From: Azolla caroliniana
Lineage: Eukaryota > Plantae > Polypodiophyta
Length of the DNA stretch: 64,000 nucleotides
Direction: 5' to 3'
Assembly: GCA_043228905.1 (NCBI GenBank)
Contig: JBHGNT010000015.1
Coordinates: 8,122,001-8,186,000, forward strand
Part shown: piece after piece, positions 1 through 12,823 of the stretch
Position numbering within the stretch: position 1 is the first letter of the stretch
How the letters are laid out: each line of letters begins with the position of its first letter
Notes under the pieces: generated by a model
The model's input: the letters and a program-made list of their open reading frames with translations, nothing else
The model's database searches: none
Told to the model about the DNA's origin: nothing
Made by a program: the position numbers and the translations under genes

Positions 1-3000
1 AAGTTCAGCGGCCGGAAGGCCCAAGTATGTGAAGTCTGCCAACTCGGGAAGCAACACCGGCTTCCATTCCCTACCGAACGTAACGGGAGCCGTGACAAGC
101 TCAAACTTATCCATTCGGATGTGTGGGGATCGGCACAAAATGTTAGTCTTGGCGGGAGTCGATATTTCGTCTCCTTCATCGACGACTATACGCGGCACAC
201 ATGGATCTACCTCATTGAACGGAAGAGTGAAGTCTTCGAGTGTTTCCGGAGTCTCCAAAGCATGGTGGAACGAGAATCAAAGAGGAAGTTCAAATGCCTG
301 CGGTCGGATGGCGGAAAAGAATACTTTTCCAGCCAATTCAACAATTATCTGCAACAAAAGGGAATTCGGCAAGAGTTCAGCTGCAGATACACACCGCAAA
401 AGGACGGTGTTGCCGAGAGGAAGAACCAGTCGCTTATTGATGCGGCAAGGGCAATGCTGGAGGAGAAGAGCATGCCCAAATTCTACTGGGCGGAGGCAAT
501 CCGAATGGCTGTCTACATCCAGAACTGGATCGGTGAGAAGGTGTCAGCTCACGAGCTGTATTTCGGGCGCAAGCCGAATTTGAGACACCTTAAGATCTTC
601 GATAGCATTGCATATGTGCATGTACCGGATGAGAAGCGGAGGAAGCTGGATGCAAAATCGGAAAAATGCATCCTAGTCGGCAATGCTCAAGAGCAAAAGG
701 GTTGTAAGTGTTATAACCCCCGGACAAAGCATGTCCGAGTTAGTCGAGATGTCGAGTTCGATGAATCGGCATCGTGGTAGGCCTTACCGACTCCGACTTC
801 CGAATCCGACCCGATGCCGGAGGATGAGGCTAGTGAGCCTGAACCGGCCTAGGTAGATGATGATAAAGCGTGGACTTAGGATGAGAGTCCGGAATCGTTT
901 CGGTTGAGCGGGCCGAACGAGAGACTGAGTCAATCTGACCAGTCCGATGAGGAACAGGCAAGTAGTGAAGACTCTGTCGTGCTCTCCTCGCGCAAGGAAT
1001 CGAGGAGACGGTTCACGCGCAAAGAGAAAGGGAAGAAAAAGATGTCAGAATTCGAAACCGGCAATGATGAGTCAGATCGGTGTGCATCCGACTCCGGCAA
1101 GGAGAAAGGCGGATCTTCGGCAACGGAGACCGAACCGGCCAAGAAGGGCCTCAAACCGGGTAACGGTGAGTTACGTTGGTCCACCCTCCAGAAGGATCCC
1201 GTCAAGCGGTACGGGTACAATGAGTACATGGCGCATCACTATGCATACATGACCAAGGTGGTGGAAGTGCGTGAGCCGGAGGGCTACGAAGAAGCGGCAA
1301 AGGACGCAAATTGGCATGCCGCTATAGAGGATGAAATGCGGGCACTTGATGTCAACGAGACATGGGACCTAGTTGACCCTCCCCGTCACTATAAACCGAT
1401 CAGATGCAAGTGGGTGTACAAGGTAAAGTACAACGCCGACGGTTCAGTTAACCGGTTAGTGGTGAAGGGATATGCGCAGAACCACGGAATTGACTACGAT
1501 GAGACCTTCGCTCTGGTAGCGAAGATGACGACGGTTCATGTGGTGCTGGCGGTTGTTACAGCAAGGGGGTGGCATCCTCACCAGATGGATGTGAAGAATG
1601 CGTTTCTTCAGGGTGATCTTGAAGAAGAAGTCTTTATGACTCAGCCCCCCAGTTTTTAATCGGAGCTGTTGAAGAAGTCGTTGTACGGCCTGATGCAAGC
1701 TCCTCAAGCTTGGAATGCGAAGATCACGCACCAGTTGCGTAAGATGGGGTTTGCGGCCTCCAAGTCTGACTCTTCGTTGTTCATCTGGCAAGGCTCAGCT
1801 GGTCCAGTAGGTATCCCGCTGTATGTTGATGATTTAGTCATCACCGGACTGGGTCTTCCAGAAGTCAACCGCGTCAAGTTCCAGTTGTTGGACGCATTTG
1901 AGATGAAGGACCTAGGGGACCTTCATTATTTTCTTGGGATCGAGGTGATCCACACCCCCGACTGCATATTGCTCTCACAACAACATTACGTCTTGAATAT
2001 GCTGTACAAGTTTGGCATGACAGAATGCCGACTTGTCTCCACACCCTTGGACCGGAACCAGAAGCTTCGTCCCAACTCCGGACCGGCCTGCAACGAGAAA
2101 TAGTTTCGACAAATTGTCGGAAGCCTTATTTACTTGACTATCATGCGACCCGACATCAGCTATCCCGTCGGAATGATAAGTCAGTTCATGCAAAAGCCAA
2201 CCGTGGAGCACCTTCAGTGCACGCAACGGATACTGCGATATGTATGCGGCATGAAGAACCGGGGACTGTTATACCGACGAGGTATAACCAAAGATCTAGT
2301 CGGTTACACGGATGCCGATTGGGCCGGCGATGCGTCGGATCGGAGATCCACTTCCGGTTTTATGTTTTCCCTTGGGAGTGCAACTGTTGCGTGGAGCAAC
2401 AAAAAGCAGCCAACAGTAGCTCTGTCAAGCACTGAGGCTGAGTACCGGGGCGCAACCGTTGCCACCTGCGAAGCCATTTGGCTTCGACGACTGCTGCGAG
2501 ACTTGCGGATCGAGGTATCGACCCCGATCCCGATTTATTGTGATAACATCAACAGCATGCAGCTCGCCAAGAACCCCGTGTTCCATGCTCGCACGAAGCA
2601 CATAGAAGTGCATTATCACTTTGTGTGTGAGCGGGTCCTGAACAGTGAAGTTGAACTACGGTATGTTCACACGGATCGGCAAGTTGCCGACATCTTGACC
2701 AAACCGCTCGGATCGGACAAGTTGCAGCAATTTACCGACATGCTTGGTGTTCAACATCTCGACGTGCCACACTTGAAGGGGAGAAGAAGGGGCAAAGACA
2801 CCGCCGGAACGAGCAAAGGCAAAGAAACTGTTGCCGACACCGGTGAGGGAAGAACCGACGATGGGAGAGTCAAGAAGAAGAAAGGAGCCGAGCCGAGACG
2901 AGTCGACACGTCCGAACAAGTCGGAACAAGTGGCAACGGCGGCAGAGTCAAGAAGGACAGAGCCGACCGAAGGAAGAAGGCCAAGACGCGGACATGGTTC

Positions 3001-3823
3001 GATATGGTGAAGGGCTTGGAACTAGAAGACAAATCGGGAGCAACCGATTCGGACAAGATCTGGAACGAATCAGAGACAATCAATTCGGTTCAACAGACAG
3101 ATTCGGAAGAACCAGATCAATTAAAGGCCAAGAGGATGAGAATGCAGCGAAAGTTGACGCCAACACGAAGGAATCGGCGAACCGGAACGCGCCGAAGTCA
3201 CAACAGCAAGGGAGCTGAATTGGGCTTGTTGAGTAGACACCGACCGAGGAGGTCGAGGTGCGCAAAACAAGAGGGGTCGCGGCAAACGGAACTGGACCAG
3301 ATGAGGAGCACGAGCAAGGTGGAGCGACGCCAGGAGAAGTCGGTTGGAAGAACCGATTGCCACAGAGGCTGACACTAGGATCCAACCTCAAGTTGAGCTT
3401 GAGGGGGAGTGTTGAGTGGCAAGCTCAACTAGAGCCAGATCGGCTGGATAAGCCTGAGCCGGTGAGCAAGACGGATCGGTAAGCCGGTGAGCAACCGAGC
3501 CGGCAAGCAATAGAGCCGGTGAGCTGGGGAGCTGGTTAGCTGGATCTAATCGGTAACTAGAAGCCTAGTATTGGTTTAGACTACTAGGCAGTTATAGTCT
3601 CGTAGCAAGTGTCAGATGCTCGTGTGAGCATTAAAGTACACGGTACTTCTGTCAGTCCCACGAGGACTTGTATAAATAGTGCTATTGAGCATAGTTGTGA
3701 TAACAGAGTGTCTATATTGTTTTGAATATAGCTTTTATGTTCTGCTCTCTCTGTCTCTCCCGTGTACTCTGTGTATTCTCTGCTTTCTCTGTTTTCTAAC
3801 GCTTTTGCAAGTAATCGTTTACA
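1..3823 (+). mobile_element. Ty1/copia LTR retrotransposon 'copia-1' (5' part outside window): INT-RT-RH pseudogene, PPT 3401-3409, 3' LTR 3410-3823
   Basis: Integrase (FIDD, RSDGGKE, AERKN), RT (QMDVKNAFL, YVDD) and RNase H (YTDAD, EAEY, YCDN) in ORFs 121-780, 904-1659, 1669-2103 and 2134-3372, broken by stops. GAGGGGGAG is followed by TGTTG...TTTACA. Confidence 0.93.
3410..3823 (+). repeat. 3' LTR of copia-1
   Basis: TG...CA directly after the PPT; TATAAATAG at about 3671; homologous to the LTR at 4630-5114. Confidence 0.8.
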
Positions 3824-3852
3824 AGGATGGACTATGTTCCTAATTGGTAACA

Positions 3853-4955
3853 GACCCGACATCAGTTATCCGGTCGGGGTGATCAATCAGTTTATGCAGA
3901 AGCCGACCAAGGAGCACCTTCAGTGCGCGCATCGACTATTCCGATATGTGAGCGGCACGAAGGATCGGGGACTGTTATACTGACACGGTGTAGCTGGGAA
4001 GCTAGTAGGATATACCAATGCTGACTGGGCTGGTGATGGATCAGATCGCCGATCCACCTTTGGATATATGTTTTCTCTCGAAAGCGCGGCCGTTGCATGG
4101 AGCAACAAAAAGCAGCCAACACTGACGAGCACTGAGGCTGAATACCAAGCGCTACCATTGCCACCTGTGAAGCCATCTGGCTTTGGCGACTGCTGTGAGA
4201 CCTCTGGATCAGGGTGCCGACCTCATTCCTGATTTATTGTGAGAATGTAAGCAACATATAGCTCGTCAAGAACCATGTATTCCATGCTTAGACAAAGCAC
4301 ATAGAAGTTGGAGACTACCAACTCGGACAAGAGCTGGAACGAATCGGAGGAAGCCGATTCGGTTCAACAGTTGGATTCGAAGTCGACACTTACACGGAGG
4401 AACCAATGGGTTGACAAGTGCTGGAGTCATAACAACGAAGGAGTTGAGATGGGCCTGCTGAGTAGTCAAGCCAACCAAGGAGGTTGAGGTGCGCAGAACT
4501 GGACGGGTCGTGGGAAGTAGAACCAGACCGGATGAGGAGCGCAAGCAAGGCGGGAGGACGCCGAAAGGTGTTGGAGGAAAGGACCCCCCTTACACCACGA
4601 TCCGATCTCAAGTTGAGCTTGAGGGGGAGTGTTGAGCGAGCAAGCTCAACAATATCCGGGTCGGTATCCGGTCGGAGAGCCGGATGGTATCCGGAACAAG
4701 GAGCTGGATCGGTGAGCCAGATTGGGGAGCTAGATTCAAATGTGAAACGGAAGGCTAGTAGTAGCCTACACTCCTAGACTACTAGGTAGTCAGAGTCCTC
4801 GTAGTTAGTGTCAGCCGCTCGTATGAGCATTGAAGTACATAATACTTCTGTTAGTCCTTTTGAGGACTTGTATAAATAGTGTTGTTCAACACGTTGTATG
4901 GGCAGAGTTTTACAAAGTGATACAATGTGTTATTTTTTAATAGAGTTTATGTTTT

Positions 4956-5028
<73 letters not shown>

Positions 5029-5114
5029 CTCTCCCGTGTATGGTAATACTCTCAAGCTTCCATTGAACTTGTGTTTTTATTCTTTGTTGCTAACCGGCTA
5101 AACCGGCTTTGTCA
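3853..5114 (+). mobile_element. Degenerate copia 'copia-2' (same family as copia-1): RT/RH 3' fragment, PPT 4621-4629, 3' LTR 4630-5114
   Basis: 3853-4310 aligns to 2146-2610 (RPDISYPVG...) with stops and a large deletion; same PPT/LTR junction as copia-1. Confidence 0.88.
4957..5024. repeat. (CT)n microsatellite inside the copia-2 LTR
   Basis: Perfect CT dinucleotide run. Confidence 0.97.
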
Positions 5115-8100
5115 AAGCTTGCGCATGCTAACTTTGACATCGTCTTAGTTTTCCAAACACGCATAAGACAGATGCTGGGCAAACTACATTTCCGATGGCA
5201 CCGTACTGGATAATAGGAGCCGAGAACGGGACATTCAAACTAGGCACCCTAGGAGGGGAAGTGTTGCGTCAAAAAGTTAATGGGGTTTCGACTAAAGCTA
5301 TATTTGGGACCCACGCCGCCAAACCCGTTTTGCGCCGATGAAGATAATCGGGCCATTTCCTTGGCTAAACGAAACGACCACTAAACGGGGCCCACTAGTA
5401 AGCATGTAACATTAATGTACTTTAAAACTGGTTGTAACCATTACGTTTGAAATGAAAAAAGAAAAGAAAAAAGAAAAGAAGAAGAAGGGAAGGACAATCA
5501 CAACTATTAAAGGCACTACATGCATGCACACTTTCCAAGAAAGAGAGAACACTTGTCCACACAATGATTCGTAGACTTGTGAACCCTAACTTATCATCCT
5601 CACAAAAAGAAGACAACAGGCGCTCCTCTCCACATCACAGGAAACATTGCCATGCTATCTACACTTATCGCGCTCCTCTTTCCCCACCATCCCCGTGCCA
5701 TCACAAATGGATAAGCTTGCATTCCTTGCCCCCTAGTAGCTCTCCCCGCGTGTCTCGACAAGACGACATGCCGATCTTTATCTCCCCAGCTCTACGGCGA
5801 TGGCTACACGACAAAAGCTTCGGAGGCTACATCCGGGTAGCGGAAGTTCCACCACACCCCGATGCACAAGAGGTGGCCAAGAAACTCAATGTCGACACCA
5901 TCACAAATGCCAATATTAGGTAGAAGCTGGGTTTATCTAGAAATGGCGAACGTCACTTCAAAATTCCCCCAGCCGGAGCCCTCGAATGGTACTTCGGAGA
6001 ATATTCAACCTCCGCGAAGGCATACAGAACATGGGATATCCCGAATCCATTCTTTCGGGAAGTTGCAAAGTTCTTGTTGGAAGTAGGGTGCGTACATACT
6101 AACGCCTACGAGATGCCAAAGTAGAAAGCAGGCATCCTCATAAACACATTCGAGGGCCATTCCATTGACTGGGGAGTCATCATGGGACCAACACTGAGAG
6201 AGGGCTTACACACGTTTCAGGCTGGAAAAAAGCTTCACCCTATTATCCAGCATTACTTAACAATACTATTTCCCCGCCGTGGCCTCCCGTCCCGGAAACG
6301 AGCTGCCAGGCACCCACGCCACGGTCAACAAAACGAAGACTAGCTGACCTTGCGGAGATGGAATGGGAGGAAGAAGCAAACTCGTGTGAAACAGAAGCCG
6401 GGCATCATAGGACGACCTACAAATGAACCATGCCCACCCTGGCGAAGCACAACCAACAGAGTTCCAGGTCGAGCAACAAATTGCACACGGAAGCCCGAAA
6501 CTCAAGCACATGAGGTTGGATAGAAAGGACGGTCACGAACTTGTGAAAGATACAACCCCATGCGTCAAAAACTCCTCTCCTACAGAGGCCACCGCGACAT
6601 TAGAGTTGATGTCCGAACCATGACCGATAATAACCGAATAGTTGAAACGTGGTAAGGGTGTGCTGATTGCGGAAAGCGAAGTTTTGTCCTACCCCGACAT
6701 CCTGGCCATGGCCCACGAATTCGGTGCGCTCTTGCAATTCAACACAACTTATGAGCTCATGGAGTTCCTAATGACACAGCAGATTAAGGTGTCCCAATGA
6801 ATGTCCGAAGAGCACGCCGAGCGACAAATGATTGAGCGTGCTCTTACATAGATGGCAGAAAGCAAAGAAGAAGGCCCACTAGCGCGGGTAGGTAGGAAAA
6901 GAAACGCAGGTGTTTGCCGCGTAGGGATCGAACTCCCTCCGCTTAACACGACCTTAGTAGAGGTTCATAGGGAGTTGGCAAAGGTCACTCTGGGTTCCAA
7001 AGAGATGGCCATCAAGAACAAAATTGTATGGAAAACCGTAAAAGTAACCCAGGAGCAACTGAATAAAGTGTAATAGTGTAATACGGAGCTGGGGAGCAGC
7101 GCACCAATGGCACAACCAGTTTCTGCTCCTGCCTCCCACGTAGCTGAACTACAGATTCTACGAGAGGAGGTAGAGGCCCAAGTAGCAATAACAGCTAAGA
7201 CAAAAAGGGCTATCGAGGTGGCCGAGTCTGAGATTGACCGCCTTAGGTCTGATCTTCGTCAGTCCTCAGACAAAGACGCAAACATTCAAGAAAAAAGGCT
7301 GTAAGGCGGTCAAGGCAATTCAAGACAAGCTTGATGCCAAAGTGGCCGCACATTGCCAAATGAAGGCGGAGAGGGACAAGCTCCACAAGGAAGGGACCAA
7401 GAAGGAAGGCACCATCACGACGCTTAGAGAGGTGGCACAGAAAAAGAGAGAGTGGTATGACGAACAACTCAGCATGAGCACCAACTCAAGCGGGATGTCG
7501 AAATACGCCTCAACAAGGAGATGGGCCAGCTAGAGGAGCTCCATGAGAAGGAATCGAAAATCTGGGCACAAATGAAGACACTTTATGAAGAAGCAACAAC
7601 AGCCAGCAAGAGGAAAATTGAGAACCTCAAGAAGGCTCTTGAGGACTCACATGCCCACACGCGCCTGAACACGGACCATATCAACATCCTCCTCCAAACA
7701 AAACAAGAACAGTTTACCACCCAACTTCAAGCGGCGTTAGACAGAGGATGAGTTGGATGGGCGACGCAGGCAATAGAACTCCACAGATACAGGGCAGACC
7801 GTGAAAATCGGCGTAAGGAAAAAGGTTTTACAAGCTAAGCGAAGAGAGCATTGCTACGATTCGTGAAGACCTTCCGCAGGATTACCAGTCCTTAGCCAAT
7901 TGCCACACCGAAGAAATAGCACAACTATTAGAGGACTTCGGTGAAAGTCAAGAAGACACATTCCGCCAACTGCACGACATCGGAGGCGAAAAACAATGGG
8001 CAGAAGAGGCGAAGAAGGCGGAGGCCATCATTGTGTTGGATAGCAATTCCACGGAATAGTATGGGACTCTAAATGAACAAGATGAAGCCTCGGTGGTCAC

Positions 8101-9043
8101 TACGGCGGCGACACCAATCAATATCCCCCCCTGCTCCGGAAGGCACTGCGAATGAGGCACTACAAGGAGATCCATGGACGGACACCTGCGCACCACAACC
8201 ACTGAAGCTACAAAGAGACCCCGACCATACTTCCACAGGTGCACAGGAGGAAAAGATCCGGACGGAACCACCAAGGGAGTCACTAAGGGAGGATATGTTT
8301 GTCAACCAACAGGAGGGAGACGCACCGGATGCAGAGACCACATCGCTGATGGCTGACCAACAGGAGGGGACACACCAAAGGCAGAGACCACAACGTTGGG
8401 ATCACCGGCCAACCCTGAAAATGATGAGCCCACCCCCATGATGACACTGCCTGTTATGTTAAACAATGACGAGAGCCCGGAACCGCATATCCTCAATATT
8501 TTTGACGACGAGTAGAGAAGGAGGATGGGTCTGACATGCCATGGCACTGTCCCACAAGCGTGGTAGGTGTTGCCCACCCTAGTGAGAAACGAGGCGTAGA
8601 CTAAGGGCAGACTAGTGGATAAGCGTATTATTATAGAAGCATTAAGAAACGCATGTAATTGTTCACGTAGGAAGCGTAACCGTCTATGCCCTGCATATAT
8701 AAAGGGCATAGGAACATTGTAAAGGGCTGTCATAGTTTTGGTGTAATCTGTCTAATATAATCATACTGTCTTTTCTGAACTCTGTGTCGAGTATCCTCTG
8801 AACTCTGTGTCGATTCGGAAGCATATCTGTGTTTAGGGTAAGCGGTGTATTCGTAAACGGTAAGAAGGGGGTTCGGTTGTAGCCGTCTCCTGATAACTCC
8901 TTATCCTCGTGGCCACTCAATGGTGCAATATCCCTTCCCGTGGATTAAGGCTAGACGCACTGTGCTATCCAATCTTTGTACCACGATCTTCTTGAGCCAT
9001 ACCCCGAAGAACTAAGGGTAGGCCATGTTCCTAATTGGTAACA
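5115..9043 (+). mobile_element. Athila/Tat-like non-chromoviral Gypsy 'A' (3' portion): integrase C-terminus, decayed extra 3' ORF, 3' LTR 8568-9043
   Basis: About 5134-5310 encodes a GPY/F-type integrase tail (IVLVFQTR..GKLHFRW..PYWI..NGTFKL..VNG.RLK.Y). The extra ORF is homologous to 12824-15584. LTR is TGTTG...GTAACA. Confidence 0.82.
5707..8515 (+). pseudogene. Decayed extra 3' ORF of element A (PMD-like N-domain, coiled coil, acidic tail)
   Basis: WL..EVPPH..IT...IR..GL..G..YFGEYS..YRT motifs shared with the 12824 ORF; LPPLNTTLVEVHRE shared with 55713-56069(-); many stops and frameshifts. Confidence 0.75.
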
Positions 9044-12000
9044 ATCACATAAATGGTGCAAAAGTATATCTTGAACTTCTTGGAGTCGGGTGAACCGATC
9101 TTCAACAACCGGGTTTGTCGGGACTTCGGGATGGTCAACCATCGTCCAATGAGGATGGTACCCAATGTTTGCAAAAAAGGGGAATATCCAGTAGAAGAAT
9201 GTTCAGAGTTGTTGTAAGAAAATTCTGCCAAATGTAATAGATCAACCCAATCATCTTGTTGATAGTTGACAAAACAACGAAGATATTGTTTGAGTGTTTG
9301 GTTGGTGCGCTCACTTTGCCCATTAGTCTTTGGATGGTGTCCGGAATAGAGTTTGCAAGAATTATTTAAGAGTTAGAACATGTGCCGCCAAAAATTTCGA
9401 TCTCGATCACTTATAATATCATATGGAAGACCGTGATGGCGAAAGACCTCCCACATGAGTAAATTGACTGTCTCTTGGCTAGTAATGGTCTTCGTGCATG
9501 GAAGAAAATGCGCCATCTTCGTAAAACAATCTACTACCGTGAGAATAGAATCAAAACCCTTTGAAGATGGAAGATCTGTAATGAAGTCCAAGGAAATAGA
9601 TTTCCATGGGCTCTCGGGGTTAGGCATTGGCTGTAATAAGCCATATGGATTATGTTGAGGCTTTTTTTATCGACAACATGTATCACAACTACGAACATAA
9701 TCTATAACAAAATGACGAAGTCGTGGTCACCAATATCGGCGAGAAATCAACTCAAAAGTCTTGTGGATGCCAAAATGTCCATCTATTGGCGTGTCATGAC
9801 ATTGTTGCACGACTTGGAGTTGAGAAGGACCGTTAGGTACATACAAGAGAGTTTGTCGAAAAAGTAAACCATCATGCCAATTGAACTGGGTGTAGTCTAG
9901 ACGAGGATTTTGAGATTGGGAGTTGGAAGCCTGATTTGAGATAATATGGCTCAAAATCTCTTGGGTGAATGCATCGGTCGCAATATGCTCCTGAATGGAA
10001 TCAAGAAGACTTGAATCTCCCGGTGTGTTGATAGTATGCGTTGCCATTAGTCATAGTCGATCAGGACCTAAGAGGATTTGCTTCTGACATTCAAATGCGG
10101 TCTCTCTGTGTTGAAGTTCCATATACAAACGTTGAGATAAAGCATTTGCTTTTCCATGCTGCATCCAAGGGGGATATAGAATTACGAAATCAAAATGAGT
10201 TAAGAACTACACCCAATGAGCTTGTCGACAATTCAAGAGTCGAGCACTTTGGAAGTATGTTAGATTTTTGTGATCGTTGTAGACAATAATCTGTTGAGAA
10301 GAACCTTCCAAAAAATGATGCCATTGTTGAAAAGAATCCACAATGGCAAGAAACTCTTTGTCGTGAATCTCATTGTTGATTTCTGTAGCTTCAAATTTCT
10401 GTGAGTGAAACGTCATAGGGTGCAGTTGGCCATCATCGCCAATCTGGGATAATATGCTTCCGAGTGCGAAGTCAGATGCATTAGCTTCAAGTATAAAGCT
10501 CCTCATTGGATTGACATGCATTAAAATTGGTGCAGATGTAAACGCTTGCTTTAAACCCTCAAATGCAAAGTTCGCATCTGTACTCCATACAATTTGGTTG
10601 ATTCTCTTGCGTCAGTTGAGTGAGGGGCAATACAGTCTTTGAATAATCTTTGATGAACTTGCGATAAAAGTTTGCGAACCCCAAAAAACATTGTACATCT
10701 CGCACAAATTGTGGTGTTTGCCAATCCAAAATAGTTTGAACCTTTGATAGATCCATAGAGATGTCATTTGAAGAGACTATGTACCCCAAAAATTCCACTT
10801 GACACTGGTCGAAACTACACTTCTCCAATTTTTCATAGAGACCATACTCTTGCAACCACTACAAACTTGGTGAACGTGTATCTCATGCTCCTCTTGAGTT
10901 TTTGAGTAGATCAAGATATCATCCATGTAAACTATCATTTGCCATATGTTGGAAAACTGTTGGTGCATTCGGAGACCAAATGGCATCACTTTATACTCAA
11001 AATGACCATAGCGGGTGTGGAAAGCAGTTTTCCATTCATCCCCAGGACGAATTCGAACAAGGTTGTAGGCACCTTGAAGATCTAACTTCGTGAAATATTT
11101 TGCTCCATTGAGGCATTCCAGAAGGCTTGAGATCAATGGTAGAACATATTAGTTTCGAATAGTCACTTTATTCAAGCCCTGATAATCCACGACCATACGA
11201 AGCATACCATCTTTCTTCTTAACAAAAAAGATGGGTGCAACAGCAGGAGATCTTGAGTGTTGGATGAAACCATTTGCCAGGTTCTCATCGATATATTCTC
11301 AAAGAACATCTAACTCTGTGGGCGAAAGGTTATAAATTGGCCTCCATGGAGGCTCTTTTCCTGGTTGCAAATCAATCGGGTAATCATATGGTCGATGCTC
11401 TGGTAGTCTATTAGCCTTCACCTTATCAAAAACATCGGAGAATTCTGTATACTTCTTTGGTAGTTGGACCCCCAATTCTTGGGAGCTAGATGAGGGAGTT
11501 GCTAAAACCACGAACACAAACATGTCTTCCTTCCTTCCATCCTCACATAACTGATGTATAGAGATTATTGAAAAATCGTGTGGGATCCCAAATCCTTTGT
11601 TGGAGTTTCAAGAGACTTGGATTGTACCGTGACCTTTTCAATAGTTCTTTTTCTCCAATCAATAGTTGGGTTATTTGGCTCAAACCAAGGAAGACCAAGA
11701 ACTAGGGAGTGCTCTGGACTACTAATGATGTTGAATGAGATGACACTAGCCAAATGATCTAGGACTACACGAATTGGTTCAGACTCTTCGACTATATCAC
11801 CTGATGCTATGAGGTGTCCATCAATGACTCTTACAGACATTGGACTTGCGAGCTTATGCAACTGGATATTATGCATTACAATGTTACTGGCCGGCAAAGG
11901 CCATGTGTTACCGGCCGGCAAAGGAGTCCAGAGTGTGAAACAGGGAGTTATTTAATTGTTAGGAATGGTTGTAAGTAAGCTATGAGTGTGGACGAACGGA

Positions 12001-12343
12001 CCGGAATCGGTATGCCGTTCCGGATCTGGACCGATCCCGAACAGGTGCGGATGGCACCGTTTTGTACTACAGACCGGAAACCTATTTAAAGGCCCGGATA
12101 CAATGTAATGAGCAATGGTTAATTAATAAAGCTTAGTGTTTTTTATCTCTGTGTTAATTGCCGTTCTGCAGTCATTGTTATATCTTAAGCGTGTGAATAT
12201 TAAGGACGATCATGCTAAGTAACCTAATTAAGTCGGATTAATCGTTGAGTCTAATCCTGTTGCCGTAACACCCGTTTGGTGAAGTGTCTTCCGTAGACAC
12301 CTGTGTTAGGCCATTGTCCGGCCCTAGGAGTTAACACACCTTT

Positions 12344-12354
12344 TGGCGACCACG
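12344..12354 (+). promoter_or_regulatory. Primer-binding site (PBS) of B, TGGCGACCACG, tRNA-Arg-like
   Basis: TGG-initiated, 7 nt after the 5' LTR; matches my recollection of a plant tRNA-Arg(UCG) 3' end. Confidence 0.65.
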
Positions 12355-12823
12355 ATTCCTGTTTTTGCAGCGAACGACGGCACAAATGGATGACTAGATC
12401 AACGCACGACCTAGTTTCAGATTAGAGTGTGAAGCTTTCCAGCAACCGGCGCAGGAAATTAGAGTGGATCACTCGTTTTCCAACGTAATTCGGAGGAGGG
12501 ACCAACGGTGGTGGACACCAACAGTCCGGTAATCGCTGCCATTGTAAAAAAGAAAGAACTCCCCGACACAGTTATAGACGGAGGCTCCGGGGTGAATGTA
12601 ATAAGCCTCCGGAAGTGTAATGCACAGAGAAAAACCACTGCGCGTGGAAACCCTCTACTTTCGCGAACCCAGGAGCACAGAAGCACCAAGGCGCTGCAAG
12701 ATCATCAGATGAGAACCTACGCACAGAGAACCCAGAGAACCCCTGCCTTCTGAACTCTCTCTCTCTCACTCTCACTCTCATCACTAGCCAACCTCGCCAC
12801 CACAATCCGACCTTGACACAGAC

